NCBI GenBank assembly: GCA_964541525.1
Contig: CAZIQF010000007.1
Coordinates: 11,533-75,532, forward strand
Direction: 5' to 3'
Source: an uncultured Staphylococcaceae bacterium
GTDB taxonomy: Bacteria > Bacillota_I > Bacilli_A > ML615J-28 > CAG-313
Length of the DNA stretch: 64,000 nt
Notes under the pieces: generated by a model
Databases searched by the model: none
The model's input: the letters and a program-made list of their open reading frames with translations, nothing else
What the model was told of the DNA's origin: nothing
Position numbers and translations under genes: made by a program
Shown here: positions 21,448 through 31,142 of the stretch, piece after piece
Layout of the letters: each line of letters starts with the position of its first letter
Numbering within the stretch: position 1 is the stretch's first letter

Positions 21448-23541
21448 ATGTATAAAATTGCTATTGATGGTCCTGCAGGTGCTGGAAAGTCGACGATTGC
21501 TAGAATTGTTGCGAAAAAATTAAAAATTGAATATATAGATACAGGTGCAATGTATCGAGCAATTACGTTGAAAGCACTGAAACTGAATGTCGATTTAGAA
21601 CTAGAGGAAAGTTATGAATTTTTAAAAAATACAACTTTAGATATTAGTAATGATCGAGTTATTATGGATTCAGTCGATGTTAGTGAAGAAATCCGATCTG
21701 TAGAAGTAACAGAAAATGTTTCTACACCATCAAAAATAGTAGTTGTTAGAGAATTTTTGGTTGACTATCAACGAAAAATAAGTAATTCAAAAAGTGTAGT
21801 TATGGATGGACGTGATATAGGAACAGTCGTTTTACCAAATGCTGACTTAAAGATTTACTTGAGTGCATCCGTTGAATGTCGTGCAAGAAGAAGAAAACTT
21901 GAACGTGAGGCTAGTGGAATTTTTAAAAGTTTAGAAGAGACAATCAAAGAAATTGAAACTAGAGATTATAAAGATTCAACGCGAAAAATCAGTCCTCTAA
22001 AATGTGCTGAGGACGCTATTGTCATTGATTCGTCTAATATGACAATTGATGAAGTAGTTAATGAAATTATTAAATTAGTGAATGAAAGGGGCTTAATTAA
22101 AATGAGCGAAACAAATCAAAAGTACTTTATTGGTCAAACAGTTAAAGGTACAGTAACAGGCGTTAATAGTAATGCTATCTATTTAGAAGTTGAAGAAGGA
22201 GTCAAAGCAGTAATTTACGCAAATGATTTACTAGAAATGCCTAGTAGTGGTAAATTATATCTTGAATATTCTGAAGGTGCTGAATTTTCTGCTCAAGTTA
22301 AGTCGATTGGTAAAGATAAAAAGCATCCAGATGTTATTCTTTTAACTTTATCTACTAAACTTGAAGCTGAACGTGCACTTGCTTTAGCAAAAGAAAAAGC
22401 TTTAGAAGAAAAAATTGCAGCATTTAAAGTATTAAAAGATGAAGATCAAGTTATCAGTGCAAAAGTTGTTAGAGTAACTAAAAATGGTGCTGAATTAAGT
22501 TATAACAATACAAGATTACATTTATCTTATAAATTAACTTCATTAAAAGAAGCTGAATTACAAGCATTAAAAGGTAAAGAAATTGATGTTATTGTTGTAT
22601 TTGTTAATGAAGAAAGACACTTTGTTGCAGTAAGTCATACTGCAGCACTTAGAAAACAAAAACGTCTTGCTAAAGAAAAAGCACTTAGTGAAGTGCATGT
22701 TGGTGATATCTTAGAAGGTGAAGTAGTATCTTTACTTGCATATGGTGCTATCGTTAAACTTGGTGAAGTAAGTGGTTTATTACATATTTCTGAAATTGAT
22801 CATTTCCCAGTTAAAGATATTAAGAAAGTATTATCTGTAGGTGGTAAAGTTACTGTTAAAGTTATTAAAGTTGAAAATGATAAGATTGGCTTATCAATCA
22901 AGGCATTAACAACTCATCCATGGGAATTATTGAAGGAACAATATCATGTTGATGATGTTTTTGAAGGAACTGTTAAAAAGATTATTCCTGCTGGTTTAAT
23001 CATCGACTTAACTCCTGAATACTCTGGATTAATGCCAAAAGTTGAATATTCTTGGTTAATTAACGAAAAATATGATGATGTAGTGGTTGAAGGTTCTAAA
23101 ATTTTAGTTAAAGTAATGAGTATTGATGACAAAAAACGTCGTGTAAGTTTATCTCATCGTGAAACTGTTGAAAATCGTTGGGCTCACATTAAACTTCGTA
23201 AAGGTCAATTAATCGAAGTTGAAATTAGTTCTGAAAATGATAAAGGTGCATTAGTAAGTTATGAAAACGTAAATGGTTTCTTACCAATTAGCGAAGTTTC
23301 AAGTAGTAAACGTGTAAGTAATGTTACAGACCTATATCCTGTTGGTACTAAAGTTAATGCATTAGTAATGGAATGTGATCCACAACGTGCAAAACTTGTC
23401 GTTTCAATTAAAGCAGTTGAATTAGCTAAAGAAAGAGAATCTTTTGATAATTACATGAAAGAACAAGAAAAAGAACAAAATGATTCTGTGAGCACTTTAG
23501 GCGATATTCTATCTGCATTAACTGATGAAGATGATAAATAG
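21448..23541 (+). CDS. cmk-rpsA: Cytidylate kinase fused in frame to ribosomal protein S1-like multi-S1-domain protein
   Basis: aa1-218 IAIDGPAGAGKST, YIDTGAMYR, MDGRDIG; from M219 about five S1 repeats (e.g. GDILEGEV..YGAIVKLG..GLLHISEI). Confidence 0.9.
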   Translation: MYKIAIDGPAGAGKSTIARIVAKKLKIEYIDTGAMYRAITLKALKLNVDLELEESYEFLKNTTLDISNDRVIMDSVDVSEEIRSVEVTENVSTPSKIVVVREFLVDYQRKISNSKSVVMDGRDIGTVVLPNADLKIYLSASVECRARRRKLEREASGIFKSLEETIKEIETRDYKDSTRKISPLKCAEDAIVIDSSNMTIDEVVNEIIKLVNERGLIKMSETNQKYFIGQTVKGTVTGVNSNAIYLEVEEGVKAVIYANDLLEMPSSGKLYLEYSEGAEFSAQVKSIGKDKKHPDVILLTLSTKLEAERALALAKEKALEEKIAAFKVLKDEDQVISAKVVRVTKNGAELSYNNTRLHLSYKLTSLKEAELQALKGKEIDVIVVFVNEERHFVAVSHTAALRKQKRLAKEKALSEVHVGDILEGEVVSLLAYGAIVKLGEVSGLLHISEIDHFPVKDIKKVLSVGGKVTVKVIKVENDKIGLSIKALTTHPWELLKEQYHVDDVFEGTVKKIIPAGLIIDLTPEYSGLMPKVEYSWLINEKYDDVVVEGSKILVKVMSIDDKKRRVSLSHRETVENRWAHIKLRKGQLIEVEISSENDKGALVSYENVNGFLPISEVSSSKRVSNVTDLYPVGTKVNALVMECDPQRAKLVVSIKAVELAKERESFDNYMKEQEKEQNDSVSTLGDILSALTDEDDK

Positions 23542-23556
23542 TCGTAGGTAATCGAA

Positions 23557-24867
23557 ATGAAATATGGAACAGTTGCGATTGTAGGACGTCCAAATGTTGG
23601 AAAAAGTAGTCTTTTTAATCGTCTAGCTGGAGATAAACTTGCGATTACTGATGATGCGAGTGGAGTAACACGTGATCGATTATATGCAAAATGTGAATGG
23701 CTTAATCAAATATTTGCAATTATCGATACAGGGGGAATTGAACTTTCTGATTTACCTTTTATGGAAGAAATTAGAGCTCAAGCCGAACTTGCAATTGATG
23801 AAGCAGATGTAATTGTCTTTGTTTGTGATGGTCGTGTTGGCGTTACAAGAGAAGACAATGACGTTATGAGTATTTTACATAAATCGAAAAAACCGGTTAT
23901 TGTAGCTGCTAATAAAATTGATGATGTAAAATTCATGGATAATATCTATGAATTTTACAATTTTGGAGTGGAACAAGTAATTCCGATTAGTACATTACAT
24001 GGGATTGGAATTGGTGATTTGTTAGACGAGATTGTTGCTTTACTTCCAGAAAAAAAGCAAAAGCAATATGATGATACGGTTGAATTTTGTTTGATTGGTC
24101 AACCTAATGTTGGTAAGAGTTCATTAACTAATGCCATTTTAGGTACTGAAAGAGTAATCGTTAGTGATATTGCTGGTACAACTCGTGATGCGATTGATAC
24201 CCCTTTTACTCGAGATGGTAAAAATTATGTAGTAATTGATACTGCTGGGATTCGAAAAACAGGTAAGGTTTATGAAAATGCTGAAAAGTATAGTTTCTTA
24301 AGAGCAATCAAAGCCATTGAAAGATCTAGTGTTGTACTTTTATTATTAGATGCAACTAAAGAAATTGAAGAACAAGATAAGCGAATTGCTGGGTATGCAA
24401 TGGATGCTAGTAAGGCTGTTATTATCGTTGTTAATAAGTGGGATGCTGTAGATAAAGATGAAAAATCAATGCAACAATGGATTAAAAAAATTAAAGCTCA
24501 ATTTGTATTTTTAGATTATGCTCCAATTGTTTTTGTTTCAGCATTAAAGAATCAACGCGTACATACATTGTTTGACCAAATTAAAGTAGTTTACGAAAAC
24601 TATACAAGGCGTGTTGCTACTAATGTCTTAAATGATGTATTACTTGATGCAACATTAGTTCAACAAGCTCCATTCTTTAATGGTGATCGTTTAAAAATTT
24701 ATTATGCATCACAAGTTGAAAAAAATCCACCATCATTTGTGTTATTTGTCAATGATCCAAACTATTTACACTTTTCTTATCAACGATATTTAGATAACAA
24801 ATTAAGAGAAGCCTTTAATTTTGAGGGTACACCAATTAAATTTATCTTAAGAAAGAAAGAGGAATAA
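23557..24867 (+). CDS. der: Ribosome biogenesis GTPase Der (EngA)
   Basis: Two GTPase domains (GRPNVGKS, GQPNVGKS) plus KH-like C-terminus. Confidence 0.97.
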   Translation: MKYGTVAIVGRPNVGKSSLFNRLAGDKLAITDDASGVTRDRLYAKCEWLNQIFAIIDTGGIELSDLPFMEEIRAQAELAIDEADVIVFVCDGRVGVTREDNDVMSILHKSKKPVIVAANKIDDVKFMDNIYEFYNFGVEQVIPISTLHGIGIGDLLDEIVALLPEKKQKQYDDTVEFCLIGQPNVGKSSLTNAILGTERVIVSDIAGTTRDAIDTPFTRDGKNYVVIDTAGIRKTGKVYENAEKYSFLRAIKAIERSSVVLLLLDATKEIEEQDKRIAGYAMDASKAVIIVVNKWDAVDKDEKSMQQWIKKIKAQFVFLDYAPIVFVSALKNQRVHTLFDQIKVVYENYTRRVATNVLNDVLLDATLVQQAPFFNGDRLKIYYASQVEKNPPSFVLFVNDPNYLHFSYQRYLDNKLREAFNFEGTPIKFILRKKEE

Positions 24868-25866
24868 ATGAAAGTTACAGTTATTGGTGGTGGCAGTTGG
24901 GGGACTGCACTAGCTAGGATCTTGGGAGATAATCACCATGATGTTATCATTTATGATACAGATTTATCAATAGTTGAAGAAATTAATACACTTCATACAA
25001 ATAAAACTAAATTACCAGATGGAATGCTTCCACTAAATGTTAATGCAACAGCATCATTACGAGAAGCTACCGAGTATAGTGAAATAATTGTACTTGCCGT
25101 TCCAACTAAAGTTATTCGTGATGTGCTTAAGCAAATCAATTTAGTAATTAGTCATCAATCACTTTTTGTCAACGCAAGCAAGGGCTTAGAACCTAATACT
25201 TTTTATCGAGTATCAGAAATTGTTTATCAAGAAGTTAAAAATGATATGATTAGTGGTTTCGTTGCATTGACTGGTCCCTCTCATGCAGAAGAAGTAATTA
25301 AACAGATGTTAACTACGATTTGTGCCGTTAGCACTTGTAAAGATAATGCAAAATTAGTACAACAATTATTTAATAATTCGAGTTATTTTCGCGTTTATAC
25401 AAGTTATGATTTAAAAGGAGCTGAGCTTTGTGGTGCATTAAAAAATGTTTACGCAATAGCTTCTGGAATGCTTGAAGGTATCGGCTTAGGTGATAATGCA
25501 AGGGCAGGTCTAATTTCAAGAGCACTAGTTGAATTAAGGAGAATTATTGTTTCTTTTGGAGCACAAGAAGAAACAATTTATGGCTTAACTGGTATTGGTG
25601 ATTTAGTTGTTACAACGACTTCACATCATTCTCGAAATTTCCAAGCTGGATATAAACTTGCAACTGGGAATAACTTAACTGAGACAATCAATTCAATGAC
25701 GATGGTAGTGGAAGGTGTAAGATCGACAATTGCATTTTATCAATATGCTAGAGCTAATAATTTAGAAACACCAATTATTGATGCTGTATATAATGTAATC
25801 TATAACAAAATGAATGTTAAACAAGTTATCTCCGATTTAATGATGAGAACTTTAAAAGATGAATAA
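24868..25866 (+). CDS. gpsA: NAD(P)H-dependent glycerol-3-phosphate dehydrogenase
   Basis: GGGSWGTA, GPSHAEEV, GALKNVYA, GIGDLVVT..SRN. Confidence 0.95.
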   Translation: MKVTVIGGGSWGTALARILGDNHHDVIIYDTDLSIVEEINTLHTNKTKLPDGMLPLNVNATASLREATEYSEIIVLAVPTKVIRDVLKQINLVISHQSLFVNASKGLEPNTFYRVSEIVYQEVKNDMISGFVALTGPSHAEEVIKQMLTTICAVSTCKDNAKLVQQLFNNSSYFRVYTSYDLKGAELCGALKNVYAIASGMLEGIGLGDNARAGLISRALVELRRIIVSFGAQEETIYGLTGIGDLVVTTTSHHSRNFQAGYKLATGNNLTETINSMTMVVEGVRSTIAFYQYARANNLETPIIDAVYNVIYNKMNVKQVISDLMMRTLKDE

Positions 25867-25889
25867 ATACTCCCTTGTGGAGTATTTTT
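25865..25889 (+). terminator. Terminator after gpsA
   Basis: AAATACTCC-cttgt-GGAGTATTT followed by TT. Confidence 0.8.
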
Positions 25890-25890
25890 G

Positions 25891-25919
25891 TCATTTTAAT
25901 GTAGCTTTTTACATATTAT
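25891..25919 (+). promoter_or_regulatory. sigmaE-type promoter candidate for spoVIF-like gene
   Basis: TCATTTT-14 bp-CATATTAT, matching the B. subtilis sigmaE consensus and spacing. Confidence 0.6.
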
Positions 25920-25935
25920 TATTTGAGGTGAGATA

Positions 25936-26172
25936 ATGAATTTTAATAAAGCATTACAATTTATTGCAGATAATAATATTCAACCAGATGCGGTATTTGC
26001 ATTAGTGGAAAAAGTTAGATCAATGGATTTATCAAATGAAACTAATATTAGAAGTGTCATAAGAGATGTCTCTAAACTTGCAAATAAACCTATTGATGCT
26101 GCTCAAGAAGATCGAATAGTCAGAGAAATTCTAAAAAATGGTGTTAACGATAATTTGTTCAATATGATTTAA
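25936..26172 (+). CDS. spoVIF: Stage VI sporulation protein F family protein
   Basis: 78 aa; pattern ..QPDAVFALVEKV...DLSNETNIRSVIRDVSKLANKPI...EDRIV recognised as SpoVIF-like from memory; RBS GAGGTG. Confidence 0.7.
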   Translation: MNFNKALQFIADNNIQPDAVFALVEKVRSMDLSNETNIRSVIRDVSKLANKPIDAAQEDRIVREILKNGVNDNLFNMI

Positions 26173-26192
26173 GAAAAATAAATACATTTAAC

Positions 26193-26221
26193 TTGAGTTT
26201 TATGTAACAATGTGGTATAAT
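26193..26221 (+). promoter_or_regulatory. sigmaA promoter of yceD-rpmF
   Basis: TTGAGT-17-TATAAT with TG extension. Confidence 0.7.
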
Positions 26222-26244
26222 AATCTAGCAGTATAGGTGAAGTT

Positions 26245-26733
26245 ATGAAATGGTCTTTACAACAATTACATAAAGTTCAATCTTTTCCTTATTATTTTGA
26301 GGAAATACTTGATTTATCGAGCGAAATTGATCCAGTCGAAGATATCTATGCGATAGGTCCAGTAAATATAACTGGTAGAATTTATCGGATTGATGATGAT
26401 AGTTATCGTTTCGTGTATAAGATTAAAGTTAAGCTTGTTCTACAATGCGCTCTAACTTTAGATCCGGTTGATTATGAATTTTGTGAAGATTATGATGAAA
26501 TTTACTCTACTATCCCATCTGATGACTCAATTTTAATTGAAAAAAATACGATTGATACAGCAGTTATGGCTTGGTCAAATATTGTCATTGATAAACCCAT
26601 CAATGTGACTAAAACAGATGCTTATGAAATCTTAAAATCAAGAGGTATTTCATTAGAAGATGAATATGAAGAAGACGGTGATGTGGTAATTTCTTATACG
26701 GATGGACGCCATACTGAAGATGAAGATATTTAG
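26245..26733 (+). CDS. YceD/DUF177 family protein
   Basis: [10 protein letters not shown] motif; directly upstream of rpmF. Confidence 0.8.
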   Translation: MKWSLQQLHKVQSFPYYFEEILDLSSEIDPVEDIYAIGPVNITGRIYRIDDDSYRFVYKIKVKLVLQCALTLDPVDYEFCEDYDEIYSTIPSDDSILIEKNTIDTAVMAWSNIVIDKPINVTKTDAYEILKSRGISLEDEYEEDGDVVISYTDGRHTEDEDI

Positions 26734-26747
26734 AAAGAGGTACTATT

Positions 26748-26954
26748 ATGGGTGCAATTGCTCAACAACGTCGTGTTTCTAAAACTCGTAAATTAAAACG
26801 TCGTACACATTACAAATTAGAAGTTCCAGGTATGGTAGTATGTTCTAATTGTGGTGAACTAAAATTAAGTCACCGTGTATGTCCTGAATGCGGTTACTAT
26901 AACGGCAAACAAGTTAAGGAAATCAAAGTAAAAGAACAAAAAAATAACGAATAA
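26748..26954 (+). CDS. rpmF: 50S ribosomal protein L32
   Basis: [26 protein letters not shown] zinc ribbon. Confidence 0.95.
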   Translation: MGAIAQQRRVSKTRKLKRRTHYKLEVPGMVVCSNCGELKLSHRVCPECGYYNGKQVKEIKVKEQKNNE

Positions 26955-26994
26955 TTAGGGTTTTAATGATTCGTTTAGGAAGTAATTCCTGTAA

Positions 26995-27021
26995 AAGCGC
27001 ATCAATGGATGCGTTTTTTTT
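26995..27021 (+). terminator. Terminator after rpmF
   Basis: AAGCGCATC-aatg-GATGCGTTT plus long T-tract. Confidence 0.8.
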
Positions 27022-27045
27022 ATTATTTTAATTGGTAGGTATAAT

Positions 27046-27987
27046 ATGGATTCACTTAAACATTATTCAGTATTATTAAATGAGAGTATTGAACTGCTAA
27101 ATATTAAACCTGATGGTATTTATGTTGACTGTACCTTAGGTGGTGGTGGTCACTCCGAAAAAATTTTAGAAAAATTAACGACAGGTCACTTATATGCTTT
27201 CGATCAAGATCTTTATGCGATTGAAAAAGCAAGAGTTCGTTTAGAATCATATCTAGATAAATTAACAATTATCAATAGTAATTTTAGTAATTTAAAAACG
27301 GAATTGAGCAATTTAAATGTTGAACGTATCGATGGTGTTATTTATGACTTAGGTGTATCTAGTTTTCAATTTGATTTACCTGATCGAGGTTTTAGTTATC
27401 GATTAGATGGTCCTCTTGATATGCGAATGAACCAAGATGCCGTACTTTCTGCATATGATGTCGTTAACAATTATACTTTTGATGATTTAAAACGGATTTT
27501 GTATGAATACGGAGAAGAAAAGTTTGCTCCTAATATTGCGAAGATGATTGTTAAGAGTCGGATGGAAAAACCAATCACGACAACTTTTGAACTAGTAGAA
27601 GTTATTAAAAAAGCATTACCGGCAGCCATACTTAGAAAACAGGGTCATCCAGCTAAACAAACTTTTCAAGCAATTAGAATTGAAGTAAACAAAGAATTAG
27701 AAGTGTTAAAAAATAGTTTAAACGATGCTGTATCAATGCTAAATGAGTTAGGTCGTGTCGTGGTCATTACCTTTCATTCATTAGAGGATCGAATTGTTAA
27801 ACAAACCTTTAAGCATTTAACAACGCTTGACCTTCCAAAAGGAATTCCATTTATCCCCGAACATATGAAAATTGAATATAGATTAGTTAATAGTAAAGTT
27901 ATTTTACCAAGTGAAACTGAACTAACCGAAAATAAACGTAGTCATTCGGCTAAATTAAGATGTCTTGAAAAAAATCAAAATGCCTAG
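27046..27987 (+). CDS. rsmH: 16S rRNA m4C1402 methyltransferase
   Basis: HYSVLL, DCTLGGGGH, DLGVSS, LDMRM, ITFHSLEDRIVK. Confidence 0.97.
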   Translation: MDSLKHYSVLLNESIELLNIKPDGIYVDCTLGGGGHSEKILEKLTTGHLYAFDQDLYAIEKARVRLESYLDKLTIINSNFSNLKTELSNLNVERIDGVIYDLGVSSFQFDLPDRGFSYRLDGPLDMRMNQDAVLSAYDVVNNYTFDDLKRILYEYGEEKFAPNIAKMIVKSRMEKPITTTFELVEVIKKALPAAILRKQGHPAKQTFQAIRIEVNKELEVLKNSLNDAVSMLNELGRVVVITFHSLEDRIVKQTFKHLTTLDLPKGIPFIPEHMKIEYRLVNSKVILPSETELTENKRSHSAKLRCLEKNQNA

Positions 27988-28013
27988 AATTTGCAGTTCT
28001 AGACATTTTTTTT
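27977..28013. terminator. Bidirectional terminator between rsmH and aldose epimerase
   Basis: AAAATGCCTAGAA...TTCTAGACATTTT inverted repeat at convergent gene ends. Confidence 0.7.
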
Positions 28014-28890
28014 AAAATAATTTAATTTCATAATTAATAATTTTAGATTTGTTAGGTTCTACCCAAATTAAATCACGTTTTTTTGTAAAATCACCATCAG
28101 TATCAGGACGATCACCACATCCAATCCATGGCTCTAGACAAATAAACGGCGCATCTTTATTCGTAGGAGTCCAAATTCCAAGCATTGGAAATTCAGGGAA
28201 TTTAAACTCAACACCATGATTATTTAGCGGATGTTTTAAAGTAATAGTATTTGTATTGATGTTTTCAAAAATTAACGCATCATAATCATAATCGGAATAT
28301 ACAAGTGGAAGAACTTTTAGATTAGTAAAAGTACGATATCGTTTCATAAAATCGATTGTTCCATCTTGTAAATTAACGACAGGCATTTCATAGGTTCCAA
28401 CTTTGCCAAATTCAATCACATAATCAGTAAATTGTTCACCTTCATGTAGAGGAACTTTAAAAGCTGGATGGAGTCCTAAATTAAATGGCATTGCTGTATC
28501 AGAGTGATTAGTAAATTCAAGATTACTTTTAATTGTATCGTTTACTAGTTCATAAGTAATTTCAATTTCAAAATTAAATGGATATAATTTCAGTGTAGTT
28601 TCGTTACTAGAAGTTATAAAGATAATTTTGTTAGCTTCATGATGTTTTACTGTAAATAAAGTATCTCTTAAAAAACCATGTTTTTGCATTGGATAATTTT
28701 TGCCATTAATATTTGCTGAATCATTTTTAATTGTTCCAATATTTGGCCAAAGAATAGGTGCACTACGTCCCCAATATTTGGGATTACTGTCATGTAAATA
28801 GTCAGTTGATTTAAACTCTATTCTTTTAATCTCTGCTCCTTGATCGGAAATTTCTAATGTTATTAATTCATTTTTAATTGTATAATTCAT
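28012..28890 (-). CDS. Aldose 1-epimerase family protein (LacX-like)
   Basis: WGRSAPILWP, KHGFLRD, GLHPAF, FICLEPW; ATG at 28890 with AAAGGTGG RBS. Confidence 0.85.
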   Translation of the reverse strand: MNYTIKNELITLEISDQGAEIKRIEFKSTDYLHDSNPKYWGRSAPILWPNIGTIKNDSANINGKNYPMQKHGFLRDTLFTVKHHEANKIIFITSSNETTLKLYPFNFEIEITYELVNDTIKSNLEFTNHSDTAMPFNLGLHPAFKVPLHEGEQFTDYVIEFGKVGTYEMPVVNLQDGTIDFMKRYRTFTNLKVLPLVYSDYDYDALIFENINTNTITLKHPLNNHGVEFKFPEFPMLGIWTPTNKDAPFICLEPWIGCGDRPDTDGDFTKKRDLIWVEPNKSKIINYEIKLF

Positions 28891-28976
28891 CTTTACCACC
28901 TTTATGTTTACAGTAAAATTATATCATAATCTAAGAGATATTTCAAGTAAGATTAGTATAATTACCAATAAATATT

Positions 28977-30881
28977 TTATCCAGTATAAATTATAACACT
29001 TCCTCCTTCGATTAATCGTTCACCAGGAGATGGAACTTGGGAAATAACGGTATCGCCACTACCTTCAATGATAAAATTATATTTATTGGTAAATGGAAGT
29101 TTTTTAACATTGAAGCCAATATAATCATCAACTATATAAACATTTTTATCGATATAATACCGAACATCTTCCTTAATACCGCCTTCTACAGGGCCCAAAT
29201 TAAGAAATTTAAAACTTTCTTGAAGTGCTTGTTTGACTATCGGAGCAGCTACTACACCACCATATTGAATTGTATTTTTTGGATTGACAATCGCAAAATA
29301 GATGGCAATTTTAGGATCATTCATTGGAGCAATACCTAGAAATGATAGAATATATTTGCCACTAGCGTATGAGCCATTTTCTGCAATCTGAGCGGTACCT
29401 GTTTTACCACCTACTCGATATCCATCGATATAAGCACCTCTTGCGGTTCCTAATGATGCAACCGATTCTAATGCGTATCTAACAATATTTGATGTTTCTT
29501 CACTAATTACTTGTCGAACTTTAGTTGGTGACTTTTCTAAAAGGATTTGATTATCTTTAGTTATCTTTGAAAGAATATAAGGTGTATTAAGAGTTCCACC
29601 ATTTACTGCCGCACAAGAAGCATTGATTAATTGGATGGCAGTAACTGCATTTCCTTGACCAAAACTAGCAGTTGCCAATTCGACATTACCTATATTTTCT
29701 TCATTAAATAATATTCCACTCGCTTCCCCTAATAAGTCAATACCAGTCTTTTTGCCTAAGCCAAAGTTTCTAATATATTTGAATAGGCGATCTTTTCCTA
29801 ATCTCATTCCAATCGTCATAAAACCTGGATTACAGGAATTTTGAATTACTTGGAGAAAAGTCTGATTTCCATGCCCTCCAGCTTTCCAATCTTTTATTTT
29901 GGTTCCATCTATTATCAAGTAACCAGGATCATTATACATTTCGCCAATTTTAAAAACACCTTCTTCAAGACCAGCAGCATAAGTAATAATTTTTTGAACG
30001 CTTCCTGGTTCATATACTTTCCAAATTGGCAGATTACGATTGTAAACTGACTCGGGATATGCTTGATAATTATCGAGTTCAAAAGTTGGTCTACTAGCCA
30101 TTCCATAAATTTCTGAAGTTTTAGGATTCATTGCAATCATAAACGCTTCATCGGCATTATACTTAGCCATTGCGTTGTTTAGTAATCGTTCTAAGGAAAG
30201 TTGAATGTTTAAATCAATCGTTAAATATAAATCAGCTCCGTTAACGGCACTTTCATAATAACTGGTTAAATCGCTAATCGTGTTACCATGAGCATCGGTA
30301 AAGATTTCTAGACCTCCATTTGTTCCTTTTAAATATGAATCATAGATATACTCTAATCCGGTAATTCCTTGATTATCACTACCAACAATACCGATAATTG
30401 GTGCCATAATCGAACCATAAGGATAACTTCTAATACTATCACTTACAACATAAATTCCAGATAGATTTTCTTTAATGATTTGAACCGCTTGATTTGTTGT
30501 AATATTTTTACCACTTGGTTTAATAATTTCTACTGATACTTTTTTATTTAAATGCTTTAAAATTGTTTCGCTTGATACGTTTAAGATTTTACTTATTTTT
30601 AATGCTGTTTCTTCTTTATTTGTAACTTGTTTTGGAATTGTAACAAGCGTTGGAGCTAAAGAAGAACCAACAATTAAATTTCCGTTTCGATCATAGATAT
30701 TGCCCCTTACACCAGCTACTGGTGCATTTCTTGTCCAAAGCGATAAAGCCAGATCATAGTAATTTTGTCCTTTAATTACTTTTACATAAGCAAGTCTGGA
30801 AAATAAACCAACGAAGGCAATAATTGTAATCAAATAGACAAAAGTTAGACGTTTTAGTTTAGATATTTTATAATATTTCAT
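28977..30881 (-). CDS. spoVD: Class B penicillin-binding protein, SpoVD-like (cortex transpeptidase)
   Basis: N-terminal TM, RGNIYDRNG, YEPGSVQK (SxxK), QNSCNPGF (SxN), GKTGTAQ (KTG), single C-terminal PASTA-like domain, ~634 aa; start at 30881 uses GGTGA RBS. Confidence 0.75.
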   Translation of the reverse strand: MKYYKISKLKRLTFVYLITIIAFVGLFSRLAYVKVIKGQNYYDLALSLWTRNAPVAGVRGNIYDRNGNLIVGSSLAPTLVTIPKQVTNKEETALKISKILNVSSETILKHLNKKVSVEIIKPSGKNITTNQAVQIIKENLSGIYVVSDSIRSYPYGSIMAPIIGIVGSDNQGITGLEYIYDSYLKGTNGGLEIFTDAHGNTISDLTSYYESAVNGADLYLTIDLNIQLSLERLLNNAMAKYNADEAFMIAMNPKTSEIYGMASRPTFELDNYQAYPESVYNRNLPIWKVYEPGSVQKIITYAAGLEEGVFKIGEMYNDPGYLIIDGTKIKDWKAGGHGNQTFLQVIQNSCNPGFMTIGMRLGKDRLFKYIRNFGLGKKTGIDLLGEASGILFNEENIGNVELATASFGQGNAVTAIQLINASCAAVNGGTLNTPYILSKITKDNQILLEKSPTKVRQVISEETSNIVRYALESVASLGTARGAYIDGYRVGGKTGTAQIAENGSYASGKYILSFLGIAPMNDPKIAIYFAIVNPKNTIQYGGVVAAPIVKQALQESFKFLNLGPVEGGIKEDVRYYIDKNVYIVDDYIGFNVKKLPFTNKYNFIIEGSGDTVISQVPSPGERLIEGGSVIIYTG

Positions 30882-30896
30882 CTTTTTCACCATTAT

Positions 30897-30925
30897 TATC
30901 TATGAAAAAAAGACCTGATTTATCA
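30897..30925 (-). promoter_or_regulatory. sigmaE-type promoter candidate for spoVD
   Basis: Minus strand TGATAAA-14 bp-CATAGATA (last -10 position deviates from T). Confidence 0.5.
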
Positions 30926-31091
30926 CAAAAAAATATTTATTGATATGCTTATTTTCTTAGCTATTTAGGAGTGAACACATTAATTTTATATATCGTCAGA
31001 TAACAAATTTTTATTGGTGGAAAGTTTTATTAAAAATGCAAAAGGCTAAAATAGTTTAGATATTTTAGTCTTTTTTGTTGGATTAATGGTT

Positions 31092-31120
31092 GTATTTATT
31101 TGCTTTTTAATTCATAAAAT
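31092..31120 (+). promoter_or_regulatory. sigmaE-type promoter candidate for murE-mraY-murD
   Basis: GTATTTA-14 bp-CATAAAAT, 22 nt upstream of the ATG at 31143. Confidence 0.5.
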
Positions 31121-31142
31121 TAATTATAAAGGAGTCCCCCAT

